DNA of 63,025 bases, filler included, from Asterionella formosa (taxonomy: Eukaryota): the NCBI GenBank assembly GCA_002256025.1. It is 16 parts of 16 records of this genome, joined end to end, with 100 filler letters (N's around TTAATTAATTAA, not from the genome) between each part and the next. Parts side by side here need not be neighbours in the genome. Positions count along the whole stretch, not along the records: positions 2,108 to 33,602 come from NKIB01000652.1; positions 33,703 to 35,705 come from NKIB01000653.1; positions 35,806 to 37,811 come from NKIB01000654.1; 13 more parts are not named here. The stretch is one strand, 5' to 3'. Shown one piece after another: positions 25,127 through 36,401 of the stretch. The stretch's first letter is position 1, and each line of letters begins with the position of its first letter. The notes beneath the pieces were generated by a model. It did no database searches. It was not told where the DNA came from and was given only the letters and a program-made list of their open reading frames with translations. The translations under genes and the position numbers were made by a program.

Positions 25127-26175
25127 TGGCGGTCAGTCAGAAACCTGGGATCCTCTTTACAGCCTTTCTGGCGCCTCCCCAAAAGGAAAATGCCGTTGCC
25201 TATCGCCAAAATCCAAACTTTTCTGTAATTGCTTCGCAAGAGGATTCCGATGAAACTGCTTCAGACTTTGCTTGTCGTGTTGTTGGAGAACTTGTTCCTC
25301 GTGAATTCGTTAGAACCCTTTGCAGTCAGGCGCCAGGTGCTGGTGCTGCTGGGGCCGTGATTGCGGACTTTGGACACGGGAAATTCACAGTGTTCGCCTT
25401 CAAAGACGGCCCCTTTCCCGCAGTCCGGGATCTCCCAAAGCTCAACGTTGTGTTGAGCATTGCGTCGCAGGCCGTTGATGATCCCAGCACTCTCCCAATT
25501 GTCGCCTCGGGTCAAGTAATGTTTCATCTCTTTAGATCTCTGGGGTCTTCAAATGCTGCCGTTTATGTGAGGACTACGAATCGACTGATTTGGACCCTTG
25601 ACGTCAACATGCCAACTAGCATTAGCGACTTGCCCCAAGTTGTTAGGGTTTGCAGCACTGAACGCCATATTGTCGCTCCAACGAAAGGTGCACGAAGAAA
25701 TGATATTGTTCCGGTTAAAACGTCTATCGCTGCAGCCGAACCTGCAACCAAAAAAGCACAGTCCAAGCGAAAACAAGTCCCGTCACCCAAGATCAGTTCA
25801 GAAGCAATCCTTCTCGGTAAGAAAACCAAGTTCACGAAAGAAGAATCCGCTTGTCTTGAACAAGCTTTTCTTGAAAGCTTTAAACTTGACAAAGTTGCTA
25901 GGATCCCAAGCCTATTGATGGGGAGTGAGACACATGCTACAAAAGATGCTGTAAGAGACTTGAAACCTTCAACAAAGAAGTCTTCGAAGGATAATCCTGT
26001 CAAGGGAACTACAGCTCGTGTAGCCGAATCGCCTTTGAAAACCCCAAAATTGGGTGCTCTAAAGGAAACCAATGAACCCAAAACCCCCAACGGACCAGGA
26101 AAGCCCTTAACGAAAACAGAGATGATGGCACTGCAGATTGTTGAAGAGACTATTGCTACAGAAAAGGAAAGGTAA
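25127..26175 (+). CDS. Hypothetical protein with globular N-terminal half and Lys/Glu-rich C-terminus; may continue into 26208-26486
   Basis: Open frame of ~349 codons from the ATG at 25127. A downstream poly-Lys ORF suggests a frameshift or intron. No family recognised. Confidence 0.5.
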
Positions 26176-27554
26176 GTTATAAAGCCTGCCAAGTATGATG
26201 ATTCCTGGTGAAAATTCAGAGAGCTAAGGCTCAGATTTCTTTTCCTTTGCCTGGCAGTGATGCCTCTAGTGTAGAGAAGAAGGTAGAAGCACAGTCAACT
26301 GACAAAGTTGAAAAGGCGAGGGATGATGAAGCGAAGTCAGGAGAAGAGGTTGCGAAGACGATTGAGAGAGAGAATTCGTCAAGTCCAACAGAGGAAGTTG
26401 CCAAAAAGAAGAAAAAGAAGAAGAAAAAGAAGAAATCAAAGTCAGCAGGAGAAGAAATTCCTACAAAGAGTCACCGAGATGAATGAGAAGGAAACTGCAT
26501 CAAAGCCAGCCAAGCACACAACTCCAGCGAAATAAGCCTACTGTTAGGTGCACATATCTAGGCTGACCAACAAGGAGGAAAGGGAGAGAAGTGATGAAAC
26601 AAAAACTGAACTCACCAGAAATGGGGTAATGGGGGGGGGGGCTGGGCAGCTTTGGACTGATTCTCACAGGGAGCTAACAACAAAATGAAGGCTGCAACAA
26701 ACTGTAAGAGTACTTAGGTTGATGATTGTAGAAGAGTACAGCAGTGATGACCACCTCCAAAGGGGAATAATTTGTGTCAAAGTGAGTGTGTGCAACCTTT
26801 TTGCTAAAAAGAAATGTAAATTTTATTGAAATGGTTAATTTATCAGGTGCAACTGTTCCAGAAATGTTTTACTCTATATAGACAGTCACTTGCAGTTATT
26901 AATACCAGTGTCAACTTCAGCTGGCACAAGCAATTGAGACTTCCGTTCCTCCCTGAGGTACCATTGGATATGCAACATACCTCCTTTTGTAAGACTCTAT
27001 GTTACATTCCAAATTATCATGGAGAGGAAATTTTCTGAGTAATACATAGGTGAAAGAAACTACTAGACCCATATGAGCAACACATGTTGATTTCAGCAAT
27101 TACATTGTTAGCCAGCTGCTCTCAAATTATACGAGAATTTTTCGAAATATGCATGCTATACAAAAGATTAAACTCAGTGAAAAAAGCCATGGGTAAAAGG
27201 AAGAGGTTGAAAACATAATTTATCAAGTTTAGATGAAACAGCTAGTTAATGCATCATGTTTTCAGCCAGTGCAATGAAAATTTGTCAGTGGGATCCAACA
27301 CAATACATCGGTTGATGAGATGCTTTCCAACTGTTTCACATCGTTCATAATGCTAATCATAAATGCTCATAAAAGCAATGAATTCATTCTAATTAATTAC
27401 CTTATATTATCATTTTTTCATCATTTTAAAAGCAAGCAATTTATCACGAAGAAATTCAACCTATTTGCAGGTTGCAAGGCACATAATGAATTGTGATTCC
27501 TCTAAAAGTATTCAAGAAGAAGTTTGAGCAGGACAAAAGTACTCGATACAAAGG

Positions 27555-28776
27555 ACGTATTGTAGTGAAAGGCTATGTTCAGATCCCTGGACTAGATTTC
27601 ACTGATTCATTTGCTCCAGTTGCAACAGGTGCTTCAATACATCTGATATTTTCCATCTCGTTATACAAATGAATAGCACAGTTCAAGCAGCGCTACAATT
27701 CTTCAAGAAAATGTTTTAAAACTTGAACAATGTTGGATTGCAGCAAAGCAAGGTCGATCCGTGTGTATTCTTCATCAAGGAAAACAATGCACTAATTGTT
27801 GGAAAGCAAAACGATATTAAATGGTTCAAAAAGGAAATCAAGAAACACTTCACAATCAAGGAGCTTGGCCGGTTGAAGAAAGATTTGGGAGTGCGGTACA
27901 ATTGGGGCCAAGATAAAGTAGGACTCTACTTGGAGTCGAGCATGGAGGATTTTGTGCAGGTTATGCTCCAAGATTATCACGATATTTTTGGAAAGTATCC
28001 AAGAGATGCATCAACCCCAGCATTGCCAGGAATTGTTCTCAAAAAGAATCCAGACAAAGTTACTCTCCATAAAAGATATTTTTCTATGGTCGGAAAATTG
28101 TTGTATTTTGTGAAGAAATTTGGACCAGTATGCGCAATTGCATGTTGGGAACTTTCTCAACATTTAGAGAATCCAGGAGAGGCCTATTGGAATGCTGTTG
28201 AACGTTTGTTAGGTTTCATTAGAACTGATGAAAGGAACAGAAAATTATAAATAAGACCACCACATGAATTACAAAATTCAAGACATGGTTAACAGCTTGT
28301 TTGGAGACAATCATCCAGATTCCAGGAAATCGACAAGTGCATCATACTTGGGTGCAATTGGTGGTGCATCGCTAGTGAATTGGATTTCGAAAGGACAAAA
28401 GATTGTTACTGTTTCCAGCACTGAAGCAGATTATGTGGCTTTATGAGATGGATCAAAGGAAACTACTTTTATAATGAATCTACTTGATGAAGTTGAATAC
28501 GTGGAAATGCCCAGAATCATTGCAGAAGACAATACAGGTGCAATCTTTTTATCAAAGAATCAACAGGTTGGTTCACGAACTAAGCACAATGATGTGAGAT
28601 ATCATTTCATTCAAGAAGAGGTGAAGGCTGGGGATATTAGAGTTGATTATGTGAATACTTTGAATATTCCTGCAGACCTGCTCTCAAAGAATGTCGCTCA
28701 GAAAATTCATGACACTCATGCAACTCACATTATGAATGGGACTATGGATTGTTGGTTTCGAGATCAGGGAGAGTGA
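27555..28776 (+). pseudogene. Degenerate Ty1/copia RT-RNaseH
   Basis: RIVVKGYVQIPGLDFTDSFAPVA, DPCVF, VSSTEADYVAL, EDNTGAIFL and RTKHNDVRYHF, with stops, frameshifts and a deletion. Related to the copy at 61027-63025. Confidence 0.9.
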
Positions 28777-29143
28777 TAAAGTATATGGAATTCAATGAGT
28801 CGAGGATCAATATTTTTAGTGATTAGAAACCAAGGCACACAACACTTATTGACAAATGAATTGAAATGCTTACTTATTGAAAAGTGAATTAGATGCTCAC
28901 TAATTGTCAAACGCATATGCTTACTTATTGTCAAAGCAAGGAAGATCATATTGACGAGATTAAGGAAACAATGAGATGTCTTGTTAAGGATTACATGAGT
29001 AATCAGGCAAGAATAAGACTAGATAGACTATGAACAGACAAACCGTAAAGTGAAAGTACGTTTCCAGCTTTAGTGATCTTACAAGTAAGATCTGTGAGAT
29101 TCTCAATGAATTAAGCTAGACAATTTAACAGCTAGAACCAACA
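28774..29143 (+). repeat. Putative 3' LTR of the degenerate copia
   Basis: PPT-like agggagag followed by TG at 28774. Candidate end aaccaaCA at 29143. Confidence 0.4.
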
Positions 29144-29549
29144 CCACACCACCTACCAGTAGATGAGTGAGGCAAACTACAAACCAGTACCTGGTACCAA
29201 GTACCTTGGGGAAGGGATAGCTATCGCCCTTCTGAACTAAACTAAAAGACCAGTATTTAGGCGCGCACGCTTTTGTATGACCCGCAATGCGTGCTGCACA
29301 AAATCCGAACTATCTCAACGACACATACGTTGAAATACGGGAACCTGGTGCTTGTATGTACTTCGACAACGAAGAACTCCATAAAAGCCTCCTAACATTC
29401 CAGTACATATACCGGTACCGGGTAACAATGCTTTCCGATATGTGATACTTACCGGTACACGGACTTTTTTAATATCAAAAATCGATATAACTCCACCCAT
29501 GTAACAATTGCGATCACAGAGGTACAAACTTCACTTTTTCACAGAAACC

Positions 29550-31472
29550 ATGACGAACAACCACACCCCGTTGATCGATCCAGACCTTCTTGCCACCATT
29601 CCTGAAGGTGAACGCGAGCAAGCCTTAGCTGCTGCTGCCGCTGCTAGACGAGCCGAACTTCGGGCCGAAGAAAGAGCCGTGCAAGCTCAGTGCGACCGGG
29701 AACGCAAGCAAGCGACATTGGCCAAGGGGGTTGTCTTTGTCAGCAAAGATCAGAGAGGAAAGGCTGTTGCAGCTGACCTCATCTCTGTCACAGATGCTGT
29801 CACGGACAGAAATCCTACCCAGGCACCGACAATCTCATCTGTCTTGACCGACGGGCAGCGATCTGCCATTAAACGATCGTACCTTGGCAAAGCAGCTGTG
29901 GAATCCGAATCATGGCGGCTGGAGCAGCGAAACAAGCGACGTGCAGCCAAGAAAATTACCTTCAAATTCAAATGGGACAACGCCGACGACACTAATGAAA
30001 ACAACGACGATGACATGCTGTACCAAGCCATGGTGGCTAAGAAACAAAAGCGATCCAAGCTAGACGCAATGCCCAATCTCACTTTGTCCTTGGATACTGT
30101 CATGAAGAAGCCTCTCGCACAAATGACAACACGAGATTGGAGGATTGTCAGAGAAAATTTTGACATTGTCGTCAAGGGTGGCATGACGCCATCGCCCCTG
30201 CGCTCATTTCAGGAGGCAGCCTTGCACCGAAGCATCCTTGATGCCGTCGAACGCACGATGAAGTACACTGAGCCATCACCGATTCAGAGACAAGCAATCC
30301 CGATTGGACTGCAGCGACGGGATTTAATTGGTCTTGCCGAAACAGGAAGTGGAAAAACCGCAGCCTTTGGGATTCCACTCTGTCACTACGTCTTGTCCTT
30401 GCCTACTGACATTCTACAAAACGTGGCTGAACAGGGTCCGCTCGCTCTTATTATGGCACCCACACGAGAATTGGCAATCCAAATCGACGTGGAATTCCAA
30501 AAACTGCTTTCCTTTGCATCTCACATCACCTGTATTGCCATTGTCGGTGGACAGCCCCTACCACAACAAGCTCAAAAATTGAGACAAGGCGTCCATATCG
30601 TTGTAGGAACACCGGGACGGCTGAACGATTGCCTCGACATGGCATACATGGTACTAAATCAATGCTGTTATGTTGTATTGGATGAAGCCGATCGAATGGT
30701 GGATATGGGATTTGCTCCACAAATCACGTCCATACTCGATGCCATGGGCGGAGCATTGAAATCAGACGTCGAACAGGAAGCTTACGAACAGGAATTGAGT
30801 GATTTAAAGACGAGTGGTTTACCAAAATATCGATTAACGGCCATGTTTAGTGCGACAATGCCAACAGAAGTTGAGCGTATGGCCAAGACCTATCTCCGAC
30901 ATCCTGCTGTGTTGTCTATTGGTGACCAACACTCTCGGAAGAATGCTCGCATCAAACAACGCATTGTATTTTTACCATCTCCTAAACAAAAAGAGCGCGC
31001 TCTTCGAGACATTTTGGGACGGCCTAGTGCTCCTCATGACAAGATTATTGTTTTTGTTAATGAGAAGAAACATGCAGACGGCGTGGGCCGCATGGTGGAA
31101 CGCATGGGACGGACATGTGTGGTGCTGCATGGTGGCAAGTCTCAAGAACAGCGAGAGGAACACTTATCTCTCTTTCGACAGGGCGGAGGTGTGGTGATGG
31201 TCGCCACCGACGTGGCCGGTCGTGGGTTGGATATTCCCAATGTATCCCATGTCATCAACTTTGATTTGCCAACGAGATCGATTGACAATTATAGTCATCG
31301 GATCGGTCGTACGGGTCGTGCGGGGAAAGAAGGGTTGGCAACGTCTTTTATTACAGATGAAGATGAAGGTATTATGGCAGCGTTGAAACAGTACTTAGAG
31401 AGCACTGGAAATGAAGTGCCGGATCGACTTGCACGCCATCCTGCGGCAGCTGAGTCATCGAATATCACATAG
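29550..31472 (+). CDS. PRP28: DEAD-box RNA helicase Prp28/DDX23 (U5 snRNP)
   Basis: FKFKWDNADDT, MTTRDWRIVRENFDI, PSPIQRQAIPIGLQRRDLIGLAETGSGKT, DEAD, SAT and HRIGRTGRAG. Confidence 0.93.
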   Translation: MTNNHTPLIDPDLLATIPEGEREQALAAAAAARRAELRAEERAVQAQCDRERKQATLAKGVVFVSKDQRGKAVAADLISVTDAVTDRNPTQAPTISSVLTDGQRSAIKRSYLGKAAVESESWRLEQRNKRRAAKKITFKFKWDNADDTNENNDDDMLYQAMVAKKQKRSKLDAMPNLTLSLDTVMKKPLAQMTTRDWRIVRENFDIVVKGGMTPSPLRSFQEAALHRSILDAVERTMKYTEPSPIQRQAIPIGLQRRDLIGLAETGSGKTAAFGIPLCHYVLSLPTDILQNVAEQGPLALIMAPTRELAIQIDVEFQKLLSFASHITCIAIVGGQPLPQQAQKLRQGVHIVVGTPGRLNDCLDMAYMVLNQCCYVVLDEADRMVDMGFAPQITSILDAMGGALKSDVEQEAYEQELSDLKTSGLPKYRLTAMFSATMPTEVERMAKTYLRHPAVLSIGDQHSRKNARIKQRIVFLPSPKQKERALRDILGRPSAPHDKIIVFVNEKKHADGVGRMVERMGRTCVVLHGGKSQEQREEHLSLFRQGGGVVMVATDVAGRGLDIPNVSHVINFDLPTRSIDNYSHRIGRTGRAGKEGLATSFITDEDEGIMAALKQYLESTGNEVPDRLARHPAAAESSNIT

Positions 31473-31558
31473 TCACGTTTAGCTGAGATTCAAAAATAGG
31501 AACTGCCTTGCTGCTACAAAAGTCAATTATAGAGAGTTGGAAATCATGCTTACGTTCA

Positions 31559-32335
31559 CTAATTGTCACGGCATTTGTTCAAGATGTAATCCACGGCTTG
31601 ACCTATGTGCTCCGCCAAAAAGGTTGGTTGGCATTTTTCCTCGTCTCCCTCTTGGTACTTTCCAGTCTTAACGAGAATGGTGTGACCGATCCCGGCCTCT
31701 TTGGATCCCATAATATCCTGTTTCCAATCATCTCCCACCATAACCGTGGTCTGCCATGATGCGACATTGGCGGTGGCGAAGAACTCACGATTTGGCTTTC
31801 CCATGACAATAGCTTGTCGTTTGGTGGCATGCTCGAGGCACGCCACGAATCCCCCTGGTCCTAGGGACAAGTCTCCGTCCGAGTCTCGAATATACGGGGC
31901 TCGATGAATAGCAATGAGCGGCGCTTCTGGTTGGTGAAGTAACAATCGAAAGGCTTGATTGATGAGCTCATAGTGAAAATGAGTCGGAGCGAACCCAACG
32001 ACAACGGCATTGTGAGGAGCGTCTAGAGGTACTTGTGGGGAAAAATCGGACGTATCCTCCATCAAACATAATGGACGTAGCTTGTGCTGTATCAGGTATT
32101 CTTTGGTGGCCAAGACAGATGTTAACAAAGGAGTATTAATAGTAAAGCCCAGCGCTTGCAGTTGCTCGAGCAGTTTTATACTTGATTTAGTCGAAGTGTT
32201 AGTCAGAAATGTCACGCCAATGCTGGACTGCTGCAGTCTATTAATAGCATCGACTGCGCCATCAATGACAGAGTCGCCGATGTGAAGAGTTCCTGACAGG
32301 TCAATGAGGGCATCAAGAATTATGGGTGGGTCCAT
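31559..32335 (-). CDS. HAD-superfamily IIA hydrolase, HDHD2/LHPP-like
   Basis: IDLSGTLH, FLTNTS, LIAIHRA, LGPGGFVACLE, MGKPN, MVGDDWKQDIMG and LVKTGKY. Likely start MDPPII at 32335. Confidence 0.9.
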   Translation of the reverse strand: MDPPIILDALIDLSGTLHIGDSVIDGAVDAINRLQQSSIGVTFLTNTSTKSSIKLLEQLQALGFTINTPLLTSVLATKEYLIQHKLRPLCLMEDTSDFSPQVPLDAPHNAVVVGFAPTHFHYELINQAFRLLLHQPEAPLIAIHRAPYIRDSDGDLSLGPGGFVACLEHATKRQAIVMGKPNREFFATANVASWQTTVMVGDDWKQDIMGSKEAGIGHTILVKTGKYQEGDEEKCQPTFLAEHIGQAVDYILNKCRDN

Positions 32336-32572
32336 CGCTGCTATTTTAAAATTTTCTATCCGTGGGACAGGAGCGATGAATAAAAAGGTGCGGGGGGAAA
32401 TTATGTATGTTGCTGGTTTGTATACCGCAGGTACATATGATGTAAGGGTAATCCGTGACAGGAACGTGCGTACCGGCAGTCCATGGCTATCCATAATTAG
32501 CATCATAGCAGACTTTGGTACCAGGTACCGGTAGCTATTAGCTATCATTATGACATCATTATTCACCTCCAG

Positions 32573-32642
32573 GGAAGGTCCGGTAAAACAAGGTTTTTAT
32601 TTAGAATATTAGTAAGCTAAATATCTCGATTACGGACCTTCC
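32573..32642. mobile_element. ~70-bp mini-MITE, copy 3
   Basis: ggaaggtccggtaaaac...aagctaaatatctcgattacggaccttcc. Confidence 0.75.
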
Positions 32643-33220
32643 ACAGAGTACCAGTACCAGGTACCAACCAGTACTGAAGATGGGATTGGGTCGTACATGG
32701 CTAATACTACCAGTTCGTACCTAGGAGAAGCAGCCGTTGGGACAGCTCATGCATTGCATCAAACATGCGTCACTGCTGAAAGGCGTAACCAGCCCTAATA
32801 CGGTACCGGTAAGATTTTTTACAGATCTGAGATGATATGGACCTGAAAATGAACCAGAGTGAAAATTTGGAAAGGTGCATGGTCTATTTAATGAATTATT
32901 CACAGGAATGTCATCATTAGCATGATTGGAGTTGCCAAAAAGTTAAAATAATATTCTATGTATGCTATGAAGTAAAAGAATGATTGAATGATCAGCCAAG
33001 AAAGATCATTATCATTACTTGGTTATCTATATGAAAGTTTAGGGAATGGTTGCTTTGGTGGTTTAACATGTTGCCTTTGATATGAGGTGTGATGTTTGAT
33101 TGTTTGGCTTTCTTTTTTATTGTGAGCTTATCAAACTAGAAATCGATTTACAATCCAAATAATTCCACTTAATTCAGACCAGTTTGATCTTTGATCTTTT
33201 GCTCAAACTTTCATTTAGAT

Positions 33221-33570
33221 AAAGGATATTATGTTTTACAGCCCATTCATACTCTCCTATTTCTAGGCAATTCTTTTATTGTGCTACCTGCCAACAAGAC
33301 CTGTGGTTCCCTTGTTTTTTTTGCATAGGTGAGTCCCCAACAACCTTTCATGAAAGGTAATTGTCTTAACTGCACCAGTGTTAGGGGAAACTCCGACCGC
33401 CTTCGAAGGCCTTGCTTGTAGGGGGAAACCCAATACTTCTTGCACACCAGGCAAGACCGTGCGGGACGGTAAGGAGTGTGGGAACCCAACAATTGCTTCT
33501 CAAAAAATTGCGGGAATCGAACCTCACAACCTTAGATGAAAGGCAACGTGCTAACCACTAAGCCATTCCC
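33221..33570 (-). mobile_element. tRNA-headed SINE-like element (most complete copy, ~350 bp)
   Basis: Minus strand starts gggaaTGGCTTAGTGGttagc...GGTTCGATTCCcgc (Pol III A and B boxes). The body is shared with four other loci in the window. Confidence 0.7.
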
Positions 33571-33702
33571 TAAGGAGGAATGCAAAATACACTCATACAC
33601 ATNNNNNNNNNNNNNNNNNNNNNNNNNNNNNNNNNNNNNNNNNNNNTTAATTAATTAANNNNNNNNNNNNNNNNNNNNNNNNNNNNNNNNNNNNNNNNNN
33701 NN

Positions 33703-33960
33703 AGGGAGAGTGGATAAAACACAATAATCCCACTGCATAGGTGATGTCTTGCTCCGCTATTGGCTGCTTGCCCCAGATACAACGACATGGAGGAGTGGTG
33801 TGCATGTTCCATGGTAAGACTGGTATATGTTCTTACTTTACAGGGAATTCTTGAGGAGTTGCTTAACAGACATGAAGAAAATGATTATGATATTCTGCAA
33901 ATGGGGAACAAAGCATCACAAGAACGAGATACTACCATAGTGACTAGGAGCAATTGAGTA
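33703..33960 (+). pseudogene. C-terminal relic of a mariner-like (plant/oomycete DD39D-type) transposase
   Basis: LTLQGILEELLNRHEENDYDILQMGNKASQER resembles the conserved C-terminal LTLQ....E.....G.N.Y.IPHM.K..LER of that family. Confidence 0.5.
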
Positions 33961-34250
33961 GGCAATCGAATTGGCAAGGCTTTTTTTGTTAGATGGCTTA
34001 TAATGAGATGGAAAGGATGTGGACTAGTGTTGGTTCGGAATGTTGGTTGGAATTTATGATTGGGGGACAGTGGTTTTGTTGCTGGTGCCATATCATGGCT
34101 GCATTAGATTCGAAACCTTGTCCTCCTTTTTGTAACAATTTTGATTATAGAGTGAACAGTATATATAGTACATATAGCTCATTTCTTGTGTTTTAACGTG
34201 ATAGTGAATGTTATAATTTTAAGAACATACACTTATTACTATTTGATCTC

Positions 34251-34372
34251 TGGGACTCACCTACACTAACAAAACTAGGGAGGCAGAGGTCTTGTTGGCA
34301 GGTAGCACAATGAAAGACTTGCTTAGAAATAGGGGATGAGTACAAATGGGCTATAAAACATACTATCCTTCA
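34251..34372 (+). repeat. 3' part of the SINE-like family
   Basis: gggactcaccta...cttgttggcaggtagcacaat...tagaaatagg...aatgggctataaaacata matches the tail of 33221-33340 in reverse complement. Confidence 0.7.
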
Positions 34373-34989
34373 TATATGTATGGAGGCGCTCCATGTATAT
34401 ACTGTATTCTCTATATTCTCATCAACAATTATGTTATCACCAAACAACTCACCAGCAGCTCAGCAAATACCTACCAGTAGTTGTTTGTGATAGAATGCAA
34501 CTGCGGAACCTGGTACAGGGCCATCAACAACTGGTACCAGGAAGTTATGTAGGAGTGGAGTAACTGATTCTTACCCTGGGACCTTGGAGTCTACCTGTTA
34601 CCCTGGTACCGAAATACATCTTCGACATAATCATACCACCAGGTACCGGTACCTGGTACCAGATTTTGTGTGCATACCGGTATGTGTGCTTGGAATTCAC
34701 AGTGGTTAGCAAATTCTTGCCGATCGCTCGCTGTCGCCATGGCTGACATAGCTACCGGTGACTATCGATACTGTTACCAGAGTACCTGGTACCAGGTACC
34801 AGGGACCAGCACCAGAAGTGTGATCTGAAGCAATGTGGTACAGCATTTGCTACCTCGTGAGCACCTGGACCAGGTACCTGGTACCACTGGTGACAGGTAC
34901 ACCTTGTACTGGTACACGGTACCAGGTACCAGGTACAATACCAAATATCATACAGGTACATAACAAAGCAGCAGTAACACGGATGATGC

Positions 34990-35705
34990 TGTTGAGGGGA
35001 ACCTTATCGTGAATAAAGGTGAACTACAATATTATGACTATTCTATTGCTGTTCCAAGTACATCGTTGTCAGCACTCACGCATGTACCTAATCTGGTGGC
35101 TGCGCCGGTATGGTTCGTACGGCGCATGTATGGAGCATCATATGCAGATATTAACACACCCTCACCAACAGATGCAGGCAGAAGAACAGGAGCGGGGAGG
35201 GAGATGCTATCAGCATCGGAAGCCAAGCACGCATAATAGTTAGGAGGACTAGGGAGGGATGGAGGGCAATGGAGATAGTGCGGGCGCATCAACATATGAT
35301 GGGAAGCGGGATGATGTTTAGTGAAATAATCAGCACGATTCAAACTACCTTTTTTCCAGTATACAAGAAATTGGCCTTGGCGAACCCGATCGCGTACCCA
35401 GTAATAACGCATATCCATAGCTTTGGAACGTTTTTGTCGGACAGTATCATTGGCGATGCCACTGGCAGTGCTATTATCGGTGACAATACGGGTAGAAGGT
35501 TGGGGATGACCAAGCTCAGCAAGAATGGTGCGAATAGCATATGCCTCTTTGCCATTGTGGAATAAAGCAGCTAATTCGGCCTCAGCAGCACTTGATACAA
35601 CCTCCTTAAGAATTTGACAGTGGACGTAAATAGCACCGTTAAGAGGAGGGATGGATGTAGTGAGGCTAGGTGGAGACACGGGTTTACAGCTGAGAAAGTG
35701 AATGC
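34990..35705 (-). mobile_element. Ty1/copia (CoDi-type) RNaseH end plus putative 3' LTR (35156-34990)
   Basis: VVSSAAEAELAALF, TDNSTASGIAN, KRSKAMDMRYYWVRDR and ADYFTKHH. PPT-like ggtgagggtg, then TGTTAA...CAACA. Confidence 0.88.
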
Positions 35706-35805
35706 NNNNNNNNNNNNNNNNNNNNNNNNNNNNNNNNNNNNNNNNNNNNTTAATTAATTAANNNNNNNNNNNNNNNNNNNNNNNNNNNNNNNNNNNNNNN
35801 NNNNN

Positions 35806-36025
35806 GGATGATTGCCCCCCCCCCCCACAAGCAGCTTGTGCCGCCTTCCTACGCGGTCGGAGTTTCCCCTAACGCTGTGGCTAAGATGATCACTTTTTGC
35901 AAGAGGTGGTTGGGGACTCACCTATGCTCACAAAACTATGGAAGCACATGGCTTGTTGGCAGGTACTAGCTAGCACAATGAATACTTGCCTATAGAAACA
36001 GGGGAGTACGAATGGGCTATAAAAA
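35806..36025 (+). repeat. SINE-like copy, 5'-truncated at the contig edge
   Basis: cggtcggagtttcccctaac...ggggactcacctatgc...cttgttggcaggta...aatgggctataaaa. Confidence 0.7.
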
Positions 36026-36124
36026 ATGCACAGTAAATTTTATTCTCAACATACATACAAAGTAGGATACCATTGTAGAGCAATATAACGCGCTTTCTAA
36101 GACCACAGAGTTACATGTGGAATT

Positions 36125-36401
36125 TCATAGCACAACAGGCCAACAAGTCCGTGTGCTTCCCTCCCCAACCATTTTTCTCAAAAGCTGATTGTCTTAGCCA
36201 CAACTCCGACCACCTAGGAAGGCGGCACACTGCTTGTAGGGAGGGGTAATCCACATTTCCTTGCACACCAGGAAAGGCCACGCGGGATGGTGAGGACTAT
36301 GGGCGTCGAATCCAACAATTGCTTCTAAAAAATTGCGGGAATCGAACCATACAACTTCAAATCAAAGGCAACAATGGACCCAACCAACTGAGCCATACCC
36401 C
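36125..36401 (-). repeat. SINE-like copy with tRNA-like head
   Basis: Minus strand reads tggctcagttgg (A box) ... ggttcgattccc (B box) gcaatttttt, then the shared body. Lies tail-to-tail with 35806-36025. Confidence 0.7.

Noticed and set aside
26172..26221. Intron joining the 25127 ORF to the poly-Lys ORF
   Set aside because: The donor GTAAGT is good, but the canonical CAG acceptor gives the wrong frame and the intron would be only ~48-50 nt. Unsupported without RNA data.
33508..33570. Functional tRNA gene
   Set aside because: A and B boxes are present, but acceptor and anticodon stems pair poorly and the putative anticodon differs between copies (TTC versus TTG). Treated as a SINE-like head.
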